From contig CAWDXG010000004.1 in the NCBI GenBank assembly GCA_963806225.1, positions 320,001 through 384,000 on the forward strand: a DNA stretch of 64,000 bases, in the 5' to 3' direction. Source of the stretch: an uncultured delta proteobacterium. GTDB taxonomy: Bacteria > Myxococcota_A > Polyangia > Polyangiales > Polyangiaceae. Below the pieces are notes generated by a model. That model worked only from the letters and a program-made list of their open reading frames with translations, searched no databases and was not told where the DNA came from. Shown here piece by piece: positions 63,364-64,000 of the stretch (the stretch's first letter is position 1; every line of letters begins with the position of its first letter). Made by a program: the position numbers and the translations under genes.

Positions 63364-64000
63364 TCAGGGAGCGCGTTCCTCGAACAGCGCCGCGCCAGCG
63401 ATAAAGCGCAACGGCACGATTCCGGTCGGTCCGACCGAGTTCTTCACCACCGACAGCTCCACCGCACGCGCGCCGAGCGCGAGCGAACGCTCGGGCATTG
63501 CGACTGGCGAGCCTTCGCCTTCGATAGCGCGCAGCTCCGAAGCCAGCGTTGCGGCCGGCGACACGAGCGGCGCACTGCGCGACTGCACCGTCGCTACCAC
63601 CGCGCAGCCCTCATCGGCGAGCTGGCGCAGCTCGTAGGCGACCTGTGCGACGCGTGCATCGTAGCTGCCGTTGGTGACGGCGGCGCGCTTGCCTTCGCCT
63701 CCGCCCGCGCAGAACGCCTCCAGCCCATCCACGACAAGGATCACGCGGTCGTGTCGGCCCCACAGGTGGCTGACCAGCTTCGCCAGACTGCTGGTCGACT
63801 CGAACGGCTTGGCGCGGTGCAAGTGCAGGTGGTTTCCGACCTTCTTGACCACCGTTTCCACGGCCTCGCCCACCGGACGTCGCGTCATCTCGTCCTGCGA
63901 GGCCTGTCCGGACCAGATCGCGCCGTAGGGCGTGCGCACGTCGGGGAACTCGCGGTGCAGTGCGCGCGCTGCGAGCCGCGCAACGATCTCGGTCTCGTCC
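63364..64000 (-). CDS. DnaB-like/RecA-fold ATPase C-terminal region (partial; start outside the window)
   Basis: VILVVDGLE Walker-B-like, ELRQLA..GCAVVATVQ, VELSVVKNSVGPTGIVPLRF. Confidence 0.6.
   Translation of the reverse strand, partial: DETEIVARLAARALHREFPDVRTPYGAIWSGQASQDEMTRRPVGEAVETVVKKVGNHLHLHRAKPFESTSSLAKLVSHLWGRHDRVILVVDGLEAFCAGGGEGKRAAVTNGSYDARVAQVAYELRQLADEGCAVVATVQSRSAPLVSPAATLASELRAIEGEGSPVAMPERSLALGARAVELSVVKNSVGPTGIVPLRFIAGAALFEERAP

Overview
This is a very GC-rich bacterial chromosome segment. The gene repertoire (MYXO-CTERM-like tail, PEGA/TPR proteins, several Ser/Thr kinases, Gly/Cys-rich lipoproteins) suggests Myxococcota, probably Polyangiaceae-like; that assignment is inference. 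Single-base frameshifts in housekeeping genes (clpP, tig, parA, parB) indicate an imperfectly polished long-read assembly. Core genes: clpP (partial), tig, parAB, glnD, lpxB, bioB, a pilT-like ATPase, a molybdopterin oxidoreductase, tRNA-Phe, speD, an XPB-like helicase with DUF790, dinB and an OPT transporter. The most unusual region is 15.4-25.9 kb. There a RAYT-type HUH (Y1) nuclease gene and bioB sit between two inverted arrays of 72-73 bp units built on the symmetric motif CGACA-N10-CATAACCGGTTATG-N10-TGTCG, a third array lies 5 kb away, and every array sits next to a different GC minisatellite. Other highlights: (1) a candidate exported thioredoxin-fold selenoprotein with an in-frame TGA in a U-P-G-C motif and a SECIS-like hairpin; (2) a sigma-54 activator followed by twin palindromic enhancers and a -24/-12 promoter upstream of a lipoprotein with a 7+7 cysteine ladder; (3) an integrase relic at tRNA-Phe; (4) a 1.6-kb tandem duplication of a surface lipoprotein with one swapped internal segment; (5) a 16x51-bp hairpin array between the XPB-like and DUF790 genes.
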